DNA of 64,000 bases from Lama guanicoe (Eukaryota). Positions within the stretch are counted from its first letter, which is position 1. The number at the start of each line of letters is the position of its first letter. Under the pieces are notes generated by a model that saw nothing but the letters and a program-made list of their open reading frames with translations, was not told the origin of the DNA and ran no database searches. The DNA lies in contig MU053881.1 of NCBI GenBank assembly GCA_013239625.1, positions 62,001 to 126,000 on the forward strand. The letters run 5' to 3'. A program made the translations under genes and the position numbers. Below, one piece after another: positions 62,375-64,000 of the stretch.

Positions 62375-64000
62375 CTGTAAAGAAAATGAATGCACTTTTT
62401 GCACTGTCAAGTATAATACAGTGAACACATAAAATAATTGAGTAAGTAGTTTTAAACCACACATATTCCCACTTTCTAAAATGTTTTACTGTTTTTTACA
62501 TTGCCGGAAGTTGTATAAATCCATTTTAATATGGTTTTAATCACAGTATATTGAATATTTCACACGTCACTGTTATCACATGAACATGTGTGTCTTCTCA
62601 ATTATCTTTTTTCAAATGATTCTTACAACTGGGCTGGTGTAGAGTATTTGTTAAACTAGTTTCTTATGTTTTAAAACTTCATGTTTCTACCTAAAAAAAA
62701 AAATTAACACCTCAGTCAATATATCAGCATGTAGGTTTCAGCGTATGCTAAATTATTTATTGGTAAAAATACCAACATGAGGGTTCATTGTGGGGGGCAG
62801 TGGGGGGGGGTGCGGGGGGGTGTATGTCCTGCCAGCTACTAAAGAGTCACAGACACTTCATCCTCCCTGGACACTGTTTTCCCAAAATGCTAAGTATAAG
62901 ATTGGTTCTGCAAATATTTAATTTTCATTTAATTAGTTAGCAAAACTGGACACTGTCCCAAGTGTCTGTTATCAAAATATAGTTTTGTGACATGGAAATG
63001 GGTCTTAAGATCTGTGTTATTTGACAAGAGTCTCTGTTTGCCCCTCGGATATTTTGTTGCTAAACAGAGAATGAAAAGCATACAGAGAAACCGCCAGACA
63101 ATAACCCTCAACTGCTTCAGCAGCAGTAATCTCTGGATAGCTTTGATGAGATGGACTAAAGAATTATGGGTCTCTTATATCTATATCTTTATTTACCCTG
63201 AAATGAATTTTAACATAGTTTCTATCTTGTTAACTGCTCTCCATCTATCGTAAGGGCAGTGGCGCGCTACTGAATCTACCCACTCCAAACGTGTGTGCAT
63301 GGTGTGTGTGTGTGTGTGCATGCTCATGCATGCAAGTCCAAGGGAAAGTATTCTCGTGTATACGGTGAGGTATAAACAAGGGGCTAAAAGACAAAAAAAG
63401 AAATACTCAGTTTGATATTACAAGGACTATGATTTATTTACTGTCCTATCTATGGAAAAGTATTCAAGAACAAGGCTTTCTGTATTCTTCTCCTTTCTCA
63501 TAAAAAAAAAAAATTTAGATTCTTATTCCTTTTTTGTTAAAATCACCTGCCAGATCTGTGCAAATAAAAGACCTAAATTTCCACCTGAGGCATATTTTTC
63601 TAATCAAGCATACCAAAATTTGAGATCCTTAAATATATGATCATATTTAAACTGGATTATATTACCACATGCTGGAATCTCAAAGAGGCTGTCTTAATAA
63701 CATTTTCAGAGTCTGGACTGTATGTTACCTAGGGACAATGAAACACTATTATATGTTCTTTAACGAGTTACTTCAAGTCATCGCCTACATGTTTACTGAA
63801 GATAATTAACATCCTTCCTTCTGAGGTTTTTCGTATCACTTCATTTTCAAAATGGGCCTCCTACTTCACAAAAAGAGAAAATTTTAACCTGATTCATGGC
63901 TGCCACTACAAACTGAGTTTTCATTTACTAAATTTGGAATTATCACAAACAATACATTACAAAAACACTTTAAGTCAGAGTAAATATTCTATATAAAAGA

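Noticed and set aside
63290..63336. Overlapping UGCAUG (RBFOX) motifs in a CNOT6 intron
   Set aside because: Embedded in a degenerate (TG)n/(CATG) microsatellite, ~0.9 kb from an exon with no sign of alternative splicing

Overview
Mammalian genomic DNA, most likely a camelid judging from the SINE and young L1 3' ends (inference). The + strand carries a complete, intact 30-exon FLT4 (VEGFR-3) gene: CpG-island promoter, ATG at 706, TGA at 37527-37529, polyA signal at 39214, 4104-nt CDS, about 1367 aa. The - strand carries the last two coding exons and long 3' UTR of CNOT6, convergent with FLT4. Between them, where SCGB3A1 (HIN-1/UGRP2) sits in human and mouse, is a three-exon SCGB3A1 relic that no single ORF in the track captures. 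It has two frameshifts, loss of the conserved Cys, degraded splice sites, and a degraded TATA box and polyA signal, so it is a candidate unitary pseudogene (gene loss). Its last exon lies inside a near-perfect 1030-bp tandem duplication. Other notable points: an apparent 9-nt shift of the FLT4 exon-1 donor that adds Ser-Glu-Arg to the signal peptide, a NAGNAG acceptor plus (CGG)4 next to the VEGFR-3 processing site, an ETS/FOX:ETS/SOX motif cluster in intron 11, nested retroposons with visible target-site duplications, and a 40-bp perfect palindrome. Comparisons with human and mouse come from recalled knowledge, not from alignments run here.
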